From: Candidatus Kerfeldbacteria bacterium
GTDB taxonomy: Bacteria; Patescibacteriota; Patescibacteriia; UBA9570; XYC2-FULL-38-9
Length of the DNA stretch: 64,000 bases
NCBI GenBank assembly: GCA_016182555.1
Contig: JACPGJ010000008.1
Coordinates: forward strand, 386,555-450,554
Reading direction: 5' to 3'
Part shown: positions 9,164-18,227 of the stretch, piece after piece
Numbering within the stretch: the stretch's first letter is position 1
Layout: the number at the start of each line of letters is the position of its first letter
The notes under the pieces: generated by a model
Told to the model about the DNA's origin: nothing
Database searches by the model: none
The model's input: only the letters and a program-made list of their open reading frames with translations
Position numbers and translations under genes: made by a program

Positions 9164-10774
9164 ATGAAAAAAGCTTTTCTTTTCCTTGGTCTTCTGCTCT
9201 GCATCACCATCCCCCACCACTTTGCGCAGGCGAAACAATTTCACAAATTAAAATCGAAAGAACCAAAAAGAATTGTGGTGCAATATGTCGCTGACCGCGT
9301 GACACCAAACGGTACGCATCTCTCGAATTTTGGTATGATCAAACTGGCAGAAGGCGAAACATTGGATGAAAAAATTGCTGAGTTAAAAAAAGACCCAAGC
9401 ATTTTGACTGTTGCTCCAAACTATAAGCGCGGCATGGTAGAAATTACGCCAAACGACACACATGTTGATGAACAATATAGCGTAAACCAAGACGCGGGAG
9501 CAAATATCGATATCACTAAAGCCTGGACCGTGACAAAAGGAAAAAAGGATACGGTGGTTGCGGTAATTGATACTGGAGTACAAACAAACCACGAAGATAT
9601 TAACGGGAAAATTTGGCATAATACCGCAGAGATCAAAAACAACGGCATTGATGATGATGGTAACGGATTTGTCGATGATCGTCGTGGGTGGGATTTTTTG
9701 CATGACAACAATGACCCGAACCCAGACCCTTGCACGGACGGTACGAGTAATGATGGGTTGGCACACGGCACGCATGTTGCCGGTATTGCCGCAGCAAATA
9801 CAGATAACTCAACAGGGGTAGCAGGGATTGGTTGGAAAACACAAATTATGGCGCTGCAAGTGGGTGACTGCGATGGCAGCATGACTGATGATGATATTGC
9901 ACAAGCGATTGAATATGCGGTGATGATGGGCGCAGATGTGATTAATATGAGCCTGGGTGGGTTTGGAACAAGCAGTGTTTTAGACAGTGTGGTTCAAGAT
10001 GCCATAAACGCGGGAGTGGTGGTCGTTGCCGCCGCCGGAAACAACGCAAAAAATGTGGATATTTTTTCTTTTATGCCCGGTTGCATTGACGGAGTGATTA
10101 CGGTTTCTTCTACGGACGAAAATGATAACGCGAGTAGCTTTAGTAATTTTGGAAGCGGGTGCGTGGATCTGGCTGCGCCCGGAGAAAATATGTTGAGTAC
10201 CGTCTATTTTGATCAAGACAGCAGCGAATTCAATGTGAAATATGATAGCTATTCTGGCACCTCTATGGCAACGCCGATTGTCGCCGGTGTAGTGGCCTTG
10301 CTGAAAGCACAAGAACCCGGTCTGACTCAAGAAGAAGTGCTGAACATTTTGCGTGATACCGCGGATGATGTGGGTGTAGACGATGCGTATGGCACGGGTC
10401 GTGTGAATGCGGTAGAAGCATTACTCGCACTGGATTCAGTGAATGAAGTGTATATCAAAGCCTTTAATAGTTCAGAAAAAAATCATCGTTTTCAAACCGG
10501 AGAAACACACGATGACCGCACTCCTTTCTTTAACTGGGTGACACCAAAGTTATTCAGCGAAAATATCTCCGGCTATTATGTTTATTTTGGTACTGATGAA
10601 GATGCCGATGCAAAAAAGAACGGCACATTCCAAACGAAAAACAAATTCGCACCCGACAAATTGCCGAGTGCGAATGGAAAAACCTATTACTTGAAGCTGG
10701 CCGTGAAGTTAGCTGATGGTTCAACTTACTCCCACCGCGGTAAATTCACTTATATTCTGGATTCGGAAGAATAA
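9164..10774 (+). CDS. Secreted subtilisin-like serine protease (peptidase S8)
   Basis: Catalytic triad motifs VAVIDTGV (Asp), HGTHVAGIAAA (His), GTSMATPIVAGVVALL (Ser). Signal peptide MKKAFLFLGLLLCITIPHHFAQA with RBS. The upstream in-frame extension from 9038 overlaps the previous gene and was rejected. Confidence 0.85.
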   Translation: MKKAFLFLGLLLCITIPHHFAQAKQFHKLKSKEPKRIVVQYVADRVTPNGTHLSNFGMIKLAEGETLDEKIAELKKDPSILTVAPNYKRGMVEITPNDTHVDEQYSVNQDAGANIDITKAWTVTKGKKDTVVAVIDTGVQTNHEDINGKIWHNTAEIKNNGIDDDGNGFVDDRRGWDFLHDNNDPNPDPCTDGTSNDGLAHGTHVAGIAAANTDNSTGVAGIGWKTQIMALQVGDCDGSMTDDDIAQAIEYAVMMGADVINMSLGGFGTSSVLDSVVQDAINAGVVVVAAAGNNAKNVDIFSFMPGCIDGVITVSSTDENDNASSFSNFGSGCVDLAAPGENMLSTVYFDQDSSEFNVKYDSYSGTSMATPIVAGVVALLKAQEPGLTQEEVLNILRDTADDVGVDDAYGTGRVNAVEALLALDSVNEVYIKAFNSSEKNHRFQTGETHDDRTPFFNWVTPKLFSENISGYYVYFGTDEDADAKKNGTFQTKNKFAPDKLPSANGKTYYLKLAVKLADGSTYSHRGKFTYILDSEE

Positions 10775-10780
10775 GTTATT

Positions 10781-11221
10781 TCAGACCCAGATCATTTTTC
10801 CAGTAATCCACGCGGAAAAAATCTGCTGGAGCAATAATCGAAGCAGTACAATTTCTTGTTGCCGCGGGGGAAGCTGGTCAAGAACAGCATAGACCCGTTG
10901 AAGGTCCATAGCGGTATCAACAGTGTTTTCTACCCGATCATGGTGGGCGATCTCTGCAGAAGATTCTGCCACGTCCAAAGAATCTGGTTGGTGATGTTGC
11001 TTTCGATAATAATCGATGAGCGTATTCCGAGCAATGGCAAAAATCCAGCTCCGAATGGTCGCTCCATGTTGTTGTTGAAATGTGTGCTGCTTTTTTAGTA
11101 TTTTCTCAAACACATCTGCGACGATGTCTTCCGCATCTTGTTGATTACGAACACGGAAAAAAACATACTTGTACACAGAGGTGAAATACTCGTCAAACAA
11201 GCTCGCAATGGAGGACTCCAT
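10781..11221 (-). CDS. ECF-type sigma-70 factor, apparently C-terminally truncated (region 2 and start of region 4 only)
   Basis: Region 2 block ASLFDEYFTSVYKYVFFRVRNQQDAEDIVADVFEKIL...IFAIARNTLIDYYRK. Region 4.1 LPPRQQEIVLLR is followed by a non-conserved 18-aa tail. The stop abuts the convergent protease gene. Confidence 0.55.
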   Translation of the reverse strand: MESSIASLFDEYFTSVYKYVFFRVRNQQDAEDIVADVFEKILKKQHTFQQQHGATIRSWIFAIARNTLIDYYRKQHHQPDSLDVAESSAEIAHHDRVENTVDTAMDLQRVYAVLDQLPPRQQEIVLLRLLLQQIFSAWITGKMIWV

Positions 11222-11275
11222 AGGAATAATGCGTGTTCATACCTCTGATAACGCAGGAAAAACCAAAATACTCGC

Positions 11276-11599
11276 TTAAAATAGTTCCCCTTTTACGATA
11301 CGTTCAAAGGTTTCTCGATCTTCCTCTAACACATGCATGACTTGACCCAATACCTCTTCTGGGTTTTCTAATAAACGCAACATCATCGCGTTATCGGCTC
11401 CACGCAATAAAATGGCATCATTCACTTTCACAATTGGCCCTTGCTCACAATCGCCCATACAATCCCCAACTTGAATTTGTAGCTGAGGATATTTCGAACG
11501 AAATTTTTCATCATATTCTGATTGCAAACGATACAACACCGCTTTGGAGCCTTTATTTTGACAAACGATATTTTGGCACACCGTAATTTTACGTAACAT
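11276..11599 (-). CDS. Thioredoxin-like [2Fe-2S] ferredoxin-like protein
   Basis: Cys pattern C..N.VC...GS ... GDCMGDCEQGPIV, as in NuoE/HoxF-type Trx-like ferredoxins. Confidence 0.45.
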   Translation of the reverse strand: MLRKITVCQNIVCQNKGSKAVLYRLQSEYDEKFRSKYPQLQIQVGDCMGDCEQGPIVKVNDAILLRGADNAMMLRLLENPEEVLGQVMHVLEEDRETFERIVKGELF

Positions 11600-11637
11600 A
11601 TAGAAGGAGTATACGAAGGAAGCCTGTTCTGGTCAAG

Positions 11638-12174
11638 CTAGAGGATATACAAATAAATGGGTAAATCTTTCTCTGTGGGTTTATCGACGCTACTGGGTGT
11701 AAGGCCAGCAATCGGGAATGTATAGGTAATCACTCGGGTTCCCGGTTTCAGTTCCGCCAGTAATTTCTGTTTCAATTTTTTGGCGAGTGAATTGGGCATA
11801 CCGAAAATATAGACAACGTTCGCGTCGCTGATGTTGTGGCGAAACAGGTTCCCCCACCGAAAGTGAATATCGAACCGCCAATTCAACAATTGATGTAACA
11901 GACAAATGATATAGAGTGGCAATGCCAATTCAATACCGGTCGCCTTGGCACGAAAATGGCGCGCCGCATACACCACGGTTTTTCCATTACCACAACCAAG
12001 ATCATAAAACACTTCTCTGGGTTGCAGACGCGCGAGTTCAAATACCCGCTTCAAATCGCGGCTCCGCATCGGTACCCAGGGCGCCAATGAAATTGCCGCT
12101 AAAAACGGAGTCAGCAGAAAGACAGAAAAAATAATAAGAAAACTGAGTAAAGAAGTATTCATAGAATGCAACAA
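11638..12174 (-). CDS. Membrane-anchored class I SAM-dependent methyltransferase (paralog of 20653-21225)
   Basis: N-terminal TM followed by MTase motif I VFYDLGCGNGKTVVYAA. Collinear similarity to the 20653-21225 product. Confidence 0.55.
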   Translation of the reverse strand: MLHSMNTSLLSFLIIFSVFLLTPFLAAISLAPWVPMRSRDLKRVFELARLQPREVFYDLGCGNGKTVVYAARHFRAKATGIELALPLYIICLLHQLLNWRFDIHFRWGNLFRHNISDANVVYIFGMPNSLAKKLKQKLLAELKPGTRVITYTFPIAGLTPSSVDKPTEKDLPIYLYIL

Positions 12175-12290
12175 GTATAAGGTGTAGCGAATTGAACGTC
12201 AATAGATTTTTCTCATGCAACATTGGTATATATTCAAAAAATATGCTTTAATAGTTCTGTATAAGCTCTATTATCAATAGCATAAACTCC

Positions 12291-15200
12291 ATGTATAATC
12301 GGCTGCAGACGATTATGGCGCGTCTGGAAATGAGAATGACACAAGAACATTCTTTTTTTTTACGTGTATTTTTATCTCTTGGATTTATTCCTCTTGCATG
12401 TCTTTCCATTCTCTATGCGACATTTTTATTAGTATTTTTTTCTCCTCAGAATAGTTTTTCAACACTATCTTCATTGGATCCTGATAAAGGATATTTGCAA
12501 TCCTATACATATCATCGATTATGGCAACGGAAAATACAAATTTCTGTTGTGGCCATTTCTATTCTCATGGTGCTTATTTCTGTTTTATCAGGAATACTTA
12601 TTCCGAAAGGTAGTGTGCATGCAAACACCTATAGCGTGACATGCTCAGGAACGTCTGATTCACCGACGAGCGTCACCGAATCTACATATACCAGTAGTGA
12701 TGATGTCACATTTACAGGCAGTGGTTATTGCACGCTGGATGCCGCATTCACAGCACAATCGGTAACCGTGCAAAATGGAGTCACACTGACACATCCGGCG
12801 AGTAATACCACCGGTGTATCTTTCACCGTCACAACACTCACTGTTGATACTGGCGGCTCTATCAATGTAGACGGAAAAGGATGCCAGGGCGCAACAACGA
12901 GTGGGGCGTATGGGCCTCAATCTAGTTCGCCTTATACCTGTTCAATGAGTGGGGGTGGTTATGGTAATAGTGCCTATGGAACAGCTGGTTCCGGAGCTGG
13001 CTATGGAGGCCGTGGAGGCAATGGTTCAACAGGTTCGTTGGGTGGAAATCGATATAATACGAACGGTAACGCAGGCGGTACACTTGGTGCCGGGGGAGGA
13101 AGAGATGCTAATGAATCAGGAGCAATCGGTGGATATGGTGGCGGAAAAATATATATTCAAGCGACGAATATAACGATCAATGGGATACTGAGTGCCGATG
13201 GAGCAGATGGAGCGGTTGGCACCACTTCAGCTGGTGGTGGAGGTGCGGGAGGAGCTGTATTCATGACAACAACAGCCATGGGCGGAACAGGAACGATTAC
13301 TGCTATAGGAGGGAATGGTGGCGATGGATCATCTCAAGATGGTGGTGGTGGAGGTGGTGGGCGTGTACTGGTGCAATATGCAACATTTGCAAGTGGGGAA
13401 ACTATTTCTAGTCAAACAACCGTCACTGGTGGACAATCCAGCACCACTGGATTGGGGGGAAGCGATGGTTCAGCGAGCTATACTGTACAGATACCGAATA
13501 CACCAACCATCAGTAGTCCAGAAAATGGAGCAACAAACGTGAGCGAAAATCCTACGTTCACCAGTTCTTCGTATTCCGCCAACTCTGGCACCCATACATC
13601 GAGTGATTGGAAAGTGACCAGTGATTCCAGTGGTAATACAACGGTGTGGAGTGCCACTGGTTCTACAACAAATAAAACCAGTATTATTGTCAATAGTACC
13701 AATGGTACTTTCAGCGGTACATTAAATGGACAAACAACTTTAGCGGCAAATACGCAATATTATGCATTTGTTCGCTACACGAACTCTTCCGGAAATTCTG
13801 ACTGGTCTTCAGCAGTGAACTTTGTCACATCATATACAGGCAATACAACTACACAAACCTGGCAATTTAATAATGCAACACCCACCGGTGCATTTTCTTA
13901 TCAAAATTCGTATATTGAAATCAATGCGAGCAGTAATAGTTTGGCACGCTTAAAAGATCAAGGTTCAAACACGTATGTACAGTCCACTGGTATAACAAAC
14001 TGGACAACACGCAAACAAATAACCATTAGTGGATTAAGCACTCCATCCGGAGTACTCACCAGCAATTATCCTGCGCGAATAACGGTAACCCATGCTACCG
14101 GAATGAATGCAGATTTTAGCGATGTTCGATTTACATCTTCTGATGGTATAACCGAATTGAGCTATTGGTTAGAATCGAAAACCAATTCGAGTAACGCCGT
14201 ATTTTATGTCAAAATTCCGACCTATAGCAGCGGTTCAGCAACAATATATATGTACTATGGTAATAGTAGTGCCACCACAACATCTGACATTTCATCACTA
14301 TTTATCTTTGCTGATGAGCTTGATAGTGCATTGAGTAGTTCGTGGACGGAAATTACTGCTGGTAACGCTTCTACGGGAACGTTTTCTGGTGGTAGTTGGA
14401 TAAAATCTTGTAACGGGGAATGTACGATGTCTACAACATCAGCCCTTGATGCGGGAATAACGACAAATATCCCCACGAGTTCTGTTGCATCCCAATGGGA
14501 AGCGATAACGAAACTTTCTGCAGTCACTGGAACAGGAAGCAGTCGTCAAGTTGGTATTATGCTGAATGAAGGATTAACAGATGCATATAATTTAGGATAT
14601 TATCCGGATACGCAGTATGGACTGTATACCACCAATACCGCGACATCGACATGTACTGTTGCTGGTACGAGTTTGCCGGTATATTTAAAAATAACCAAAA
14701 ATGCTACGGCAAATAGTTATTCATTTTCTACTTCCACGAATGGAACATCTTGGACAACCTGTACCACATTGACTGATTCTACTATCAGTACATATGGATT
14801 ATTCGTACGTGATTCTACCACCGGTGAAACTGCCGGAACATTTGATTACTTTATCGTAAAAAAACCAGCGACGACAGAACCCAGTGCGAGTTTTGGTAGT
14901 GCACAGTCGTTAGCGAGCTTGGATAATGTACAAATTATTCCTGCATCCACCGGGGATCATCCACAGTTTAATACGCTCTATACATTGAGTGAAACATTGG
15001 GTGGAAGCAATCAGGGAACTGTATATTACCAAATTGGGTTAGACAGTGATCGCGATGGAACGATAACGAATGATGTCGATGCGACGGAAGATGGCTGGTA
15101 TGTTGTATCCGAAAATACCTGGACATTGGCTGATAACGATAGCCAGGACAAAAATACTATTTCAACAATAAACAGTTATTTACCAAACTTTGCTTCTGAA

Positions 15201-16970
15201 ATTGGTAATGGCGATTTTTACTTCAAAACATTTTTATTTGGTACCGGTAGCCAACCAACAGAAATAGATTCTGTCACCCTCACCTATACGGTAGCACCTA
15301 CGTTTTCTGGCTCAATTTCCACCACTACAACGAATGAAGATACAAACGCCACTGATATTATTGCTCTTCCTTCCTATTTTAGCGATCCAGAAGATACGCT
15401 GAGCTATAGTATTGTTGACGATTTAGATCCGGCATTAGGAAGTCTTTCCATTGATGGGTCTGGAAATGTTCATGTCACAGTCATAACGAATGCAAATGGT
15501 TCCGACACGCTTCAATTTCGCGCTTCTGACGAAGAAGGATTGAATACAGATACCAATGCCTTTACGTTTAGCATCACTGCGGTCAATGACGCACCAACAG
15601 CCAATGCGGGCACAGACATCAATGCAAACGAAACAGACGGAACAGTGATATTGGATGGATCCGGTTCGAGTGATATTGACGAAGATGCATTACAATATAC
15701 GTGGGTTGAATTGATTGACGATGATAATGCCTGTAGTTTGAATGATGTAAATGCAATACAGCCAACAGTCAACATGAGTAACAACAGCTCGAATTACTCG
15801 TGTGCATTCCGTCTCACCGCTGATGACGGAACCACCACTGCAACTGATACGGTGAATGTGAATGTCACCGCGGTAAATGACCCACCGACATTTACTGGTT
15901 CAATTACAAATCAAAGCATGTACACGAATACATCTATTCAGGATGCGGTACAACTGGAACAATATTTCTCTGCAGGAGATAGTGATGATACATGTACATA
16001 TTCGGCATCTAATGATCTCGATACGAATATTGGTACCATGAATATTCAAGATGATGGCGCAGTAGATATAGATATCACTACGCAAACAAGTGCGACAGAT
16101 ACTCTCCAATTTCGTTGTACTGATACGGGAAATGAAACAATAGATTCAAATACTATTACCTTAACCATTACATCAACAAATGCTGCACCAGTGTTTTCAG
16201 ATGCATTACCCGAAATTTCATTTTTTGCAGGAACAACAACACGAACAGTTTTTAATCTCTCAAATTATTTTTCTGATCCCGAAGGTGAGCCGTTGACATA
16301 TAGTGTATCTGGAAATACGGCTGTTGAAGTCATGATCACAGATGGACAAGTTATTTTTTCAGCAGAGAGTGATTTTACTGGTACAGAATGGCTTACGTTT
16401 TTTGCTTCTGATGGTCAAGGAAATACAACAACGAGTAATATCATTGTGGTGACTGTTTCTGCTGCAATAACACCATCGATTATTAATTATGCGAGTGGAA
16501 CAGCAACAGGCGAAGGTATTATTACGCTTGTTGGCAACGACGAATCCACACTATATTCATGGGTGGCATTTCCAAAAGGTGGCGTGATTCCACGTATTGA
16601 AATATTCAATAATGACATTTTTGTTTTTTCGGTGAAACGGCAAACGGGCACGACTATGCATTTGTATAATCAGTACGGAAACATTTTAAAAAAAATGAAA
16701 GTGTCGCCCCGCGTGCATTGGCGCAAACTAGCGATTGGTTCTTTAGATAAAAACACAGATAGCATTGAAGTAGTGACGGGCACGAAAAGAGGAAAAAATA
16801 TTTATTTCAAAATTTTCTCCTATTACCCGGAACAGAATACATTTGTATTACGACGGCAAGCTCGCTATCACTCTTTTGCAAAAAAACGATATCAGATCGA
16901 TATTCAAGATAAACGTATTCAATTGCGAAATACACATGGACAAATACTGTTTATGTGGCGTCCGTATTAA
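12291..16970 (+). CDS. Giant surface protein (1559 aa): two-TM leader, FN3-like domain, Gly-rich repeat region, beta-sandwich/cadherin-like repeats, conserved basic C-terminal domain
   Basis: Two hydrophobic segments flank a DPDKGYLQSYTYHRLWQRK loop. GGxGxGG glycine-rich tract. Cadherin/Ig-like repeats (TAVNDAPT, APVFSD...FNLSNYFSDPEGEPLTYS). C-terminal ~150 aa are Lys/Arg-rich and homologous to the C-terminus of the 50264-54565 product. Confidence 0.7.
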   Translation: MYNRLQTIMARLEMRMTQEHSFFLRVFLSLGFIPLACLSILYATFLLVFFSPQNSFSTLSSLDPDKGYLQSYTYHRLWQRKIQISVVAISILMVLISVLSGILIPKGSVHANTYSVTCSGTSDSPTSVTESTYTSSDDVTFTGSGYCTLDAAFTAQSVTVQNGVTLTHPASNTTGVSFTVTTLTVDTGGSINVDGKGCQGATTSGAYGPQSSSPYTCSMSGGGYGNSAYGTAGSGAGYGGRGGNGSTGSLGGNRYNTNGNAGGTLGAGGGRDANESGAIGGYGGGKIYIQATNITINGILSADGADGAVGTTSAGGGGAGGAVFMTTTAMGGTGTITAIGGNGGDGSSQDGGGGGGGRVLVQYATFASGETISSQTTVTGGQSSTTGLGGSDGSASYTVQIPNTPTISSPENGATNVSENPTFTSSSYSANSGTHTSSDWKVTSDSSGNTTVWSATGSTTNKTSIIVNSTNGTFSGTLNGQTTLAANTQYYAFVRYTNSSGNSDWSSAVNFVTSYTGNTTTQTWQFNNATPTGAFSYQNSYIEINASSNSLARLKDQGSNTYVQSTGITNWTTRKQITISGLSTPSGVLTSNYPARITVTHATGMNADFSDVRFTSSDGITELSYWLESKTNSSNAVFYVKIPTYSSGSATIYMYYGNSSATTTSDISSLFIFADELDSALSSSWTEITAGNASTGTFSGGSWIKSCNGECTMSTTSALDAGITTNIPTSSVASQWEAITKLSAVTGTGSSRQVGIMLNEGLTDAYNLGYYPDTQYGLYTTNTATSTCTVAGTSLPVYLKITKNATANSYSFSTSTNGTSWTTCTTLTDSTISTYGLFVRDSTTGETAGTFDYFIVKKPATTEPSASFGSAQSLASLDNVQIIPASTGDHPQFNTLYTLSETLGGSNQGTVYYQIGLDSDRDGTITNDVDATEDGWYVVSENTWTLADNDSQDKNTISTINSYLPNFASEIGNGDFYFKTFLFGTGSQPTEIDSVTLTYTVAPTFSGSISTTTTNEDTNATDIIALPSYFSDPEDTLSYSIVDDLDPALGSLSIDGSGNVHVTVITNANGSDTLQFRASDEEGLNTDTNAFTFSITAVNDAPTANAGTDINANETDGTVILDGSGSSDIDEDALQYTWVELIDDDNACSLNDVNAIQPTVNMSNNSSNYSCAFRLTADDGTTTATDTVNVNVTAVNDPPTFTGSITNQSMYTNTSIQDAVQLEQYFSAGDSDDTCTYSASNDLDTNIGTMNIQDDGAVDIDITTQTSATDTLQFRCTDTGNETIDSNTITLTITSTNAAPVFSDALPEISFFAGTTTRTVFNLSNYFSDPEGEPLTYSVSGNTAVEVMITDGQVIFSAESDFTGTEWLTFFASDGQGNTTTSNIIVVTVSAAITPSIINYASGTATGEGIITLVGNDESTLYSWVAFPKGGVIPRIEIFNNDIFVFSVKRQTGTTMHLYNQYGNILKKMKVSPRVHWRKLAIGSLDKNTDSIEVVTGTKRGKNIYFKIFSYYPEQNTFVLRRQARYHSFAKKRYQIDIQDKRIQLRNTHGQILFMWRPY

Positions 16971-17156
16971 AAAAATATTTTTCAAAAAATTTTTGCGTAA
17001 ATAATTTTCATACATAAAAATTATTTTATGAATTATTTTTTCATGTAAAAAAATCTTTTCCACAGTTGTACACAACATCGCTATCTTTTTTTTAACAAAG
17101 CAGTTATACTATATGCACCGAATAATTATTTACTATTTTGAGAGGAGGTGAATAGT

Positions 17157-17279
17157 ATGCCAGTAAAAAAGAAAAAGAAACCAGCAAAAAGAAAAACAAC
17201 AACAAAGCGCAAACCAGCAAAGCGTAAAGCTGCAAAGAAAAAACCAGCGAAACGCAAACCAGCAAAGCGTAAGAAATAA
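17157..17279 (+). CDS. Unannotated 40-aa Lys/Arg-rich small protein (MPVKKKKKPAKRKTTTKRKPAKRKAAKKKPAKRKPAKRKK), histone H1/Hc1-like PAKRK repeats
   Basis: Perfect RBS agaggaggtg 7 nt upstream of the ATG. Open frame ends TAA at 17277-17279 and is followed by a bidirectional terminator. Not in the ORF track because it is under 60 aa. Confidence 0.5.
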   Translation: MPVKKKKKPAKRKTTTKRKPAKRKAAKKKPAKRKPAKRKK

Positions 17280-17304
17280 ACTCTAGCGAAGAGATCTTCG
17301 CAGA

Positions 17305-17340
17305 CAAAAAAAGATAGGCACTGATCGCCTATCTTTTTTA
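17305..17340. terminator. Bidirectional rho-independent terminator between the small basic ORF and hup
   Basis: A-run, then stem gataggc / loop actgatc / stem gcctatc, then T-run. Confidence 0.55.
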
Positions 17341-17353
17341 TTATTCTCTATCT

Positions 17354-17638
17354 TTAGAGCACCGCTTCCTTCGCTGCTTTCGCGACACGGAATTTACAAA
17401 CGGTCTTTGCAGGAATTTGAATTTGTTGGCCAGTAGCAGGGTTACGACCCATGCGTGCTTTTCGTGATTGTTTTACCATCTTTCCAAGTCCTGGCAATGT
17501 GATCATGCCAGCATCACGTACTTCGGTGTACGCAACATTCACGAGCATATCCCAAAATTCACCCACTTCTTTCTTGCTCATGCCAGATTTTTCTGCGAGC
17601 ATTGCAATGAACTGAGATTTTGTCATTGGCTTCTTCAT
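17354..17638 (-). CDS. hup: DNA-binding protein HU
   Basis: Canonical HU sequence MTKSQFIAMLAEKSGMSKKEVGEFWDMLVNV...GRNPATGQQIQIPAKTVCKFRVAKAAKEA. Confidence 0.9.
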   Translation of the reverse strand: MKKPMTKSQFIAMLAEKSGMSKKEVGEFWDMLVNVAYTEVRDAGMITLPGLGKMVKQSRKARMGRNPATGQQIQIPAKTVCKFRVAKAAKEAVL

Positions 17639-17784
17639 GGTTTTTTCTTAGTGATTAGTTATTTAACCCTCATATTGTACACGTTTTGTGAATAGCCGAC
17701 AAGTTTTTTGCCTGTGTATAGCCAAAATTAGATAAAATACCATAAAAACAGCCTAATATTAGCAAAATTTCATTTGCTATGCAT

Positions 17785-18081
17785 TTACACAGAATGAGTT
17801 GTCCCAGATTTCATGCTGCTACGCATATCCGTTTTATTCAAACCGCTACGTATCGCATCTACAATAATCAACAAGATAATTGCGCCAACCGTTGCCGTAA
17901 TGAAATCTCCCCAAATATTGTTTGGAGCGATGTCGAAATAACGGAAGACGATATTGCCAATCACTGCACCGAGAATACCCACCACGATATTGCCCATAAT
18001 ACCTAAACCGTGGCCCTCCACAATTTTACCGGCTATATAGCCAGCAACGAGACCAACAATAATTGCCCATAGAATATTCAT
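17785..18081 (-). CDS. GlsB/YeaQ/YmgE-family small membrane stress protein (transglycosylase-associated protein family)
   Basis: MNILWAIIVGLVAGYIAGKIVEGHGLGIMGNIVVGILGAVIGN with RBS aaggaggtg upstream. The longer upstream extension has no RBS. Confidence 0.7.
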   Translation of the reverse strand: MNILWAIIVGLVAGYIAGKIVEGHGLGIMGNIVVGILGAVIGNIVFRYFDIAPNNIWGDFITATVGAIILLIIVDAIRSGLNKTDMRSSMKSGTTHSV

Positions 18082-18227
18082 AATATTCACCTCCTTTCTT
18101 AATGATTTTAATGAAAAGTAGTATCTAAACTCAATCATAAATAGAAAAGATAAATAGAGATACAAAAAAATGGATAATATCTATTTTCATTTATTATCCA
18201 CTATGGCCGTTAAATATGAATATATGT

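Noticed and set aside
12900-13500. Possible CRISPR or tandem DNA repeat in the Gly-rich region of the giant protein
   Set aside because: The periodicity is at the protein level (GGxGxGG glycine-rich repeats) with degenerate nucleotide copies and no spacer/repeat architecture. No CRISPR array is present in the window.
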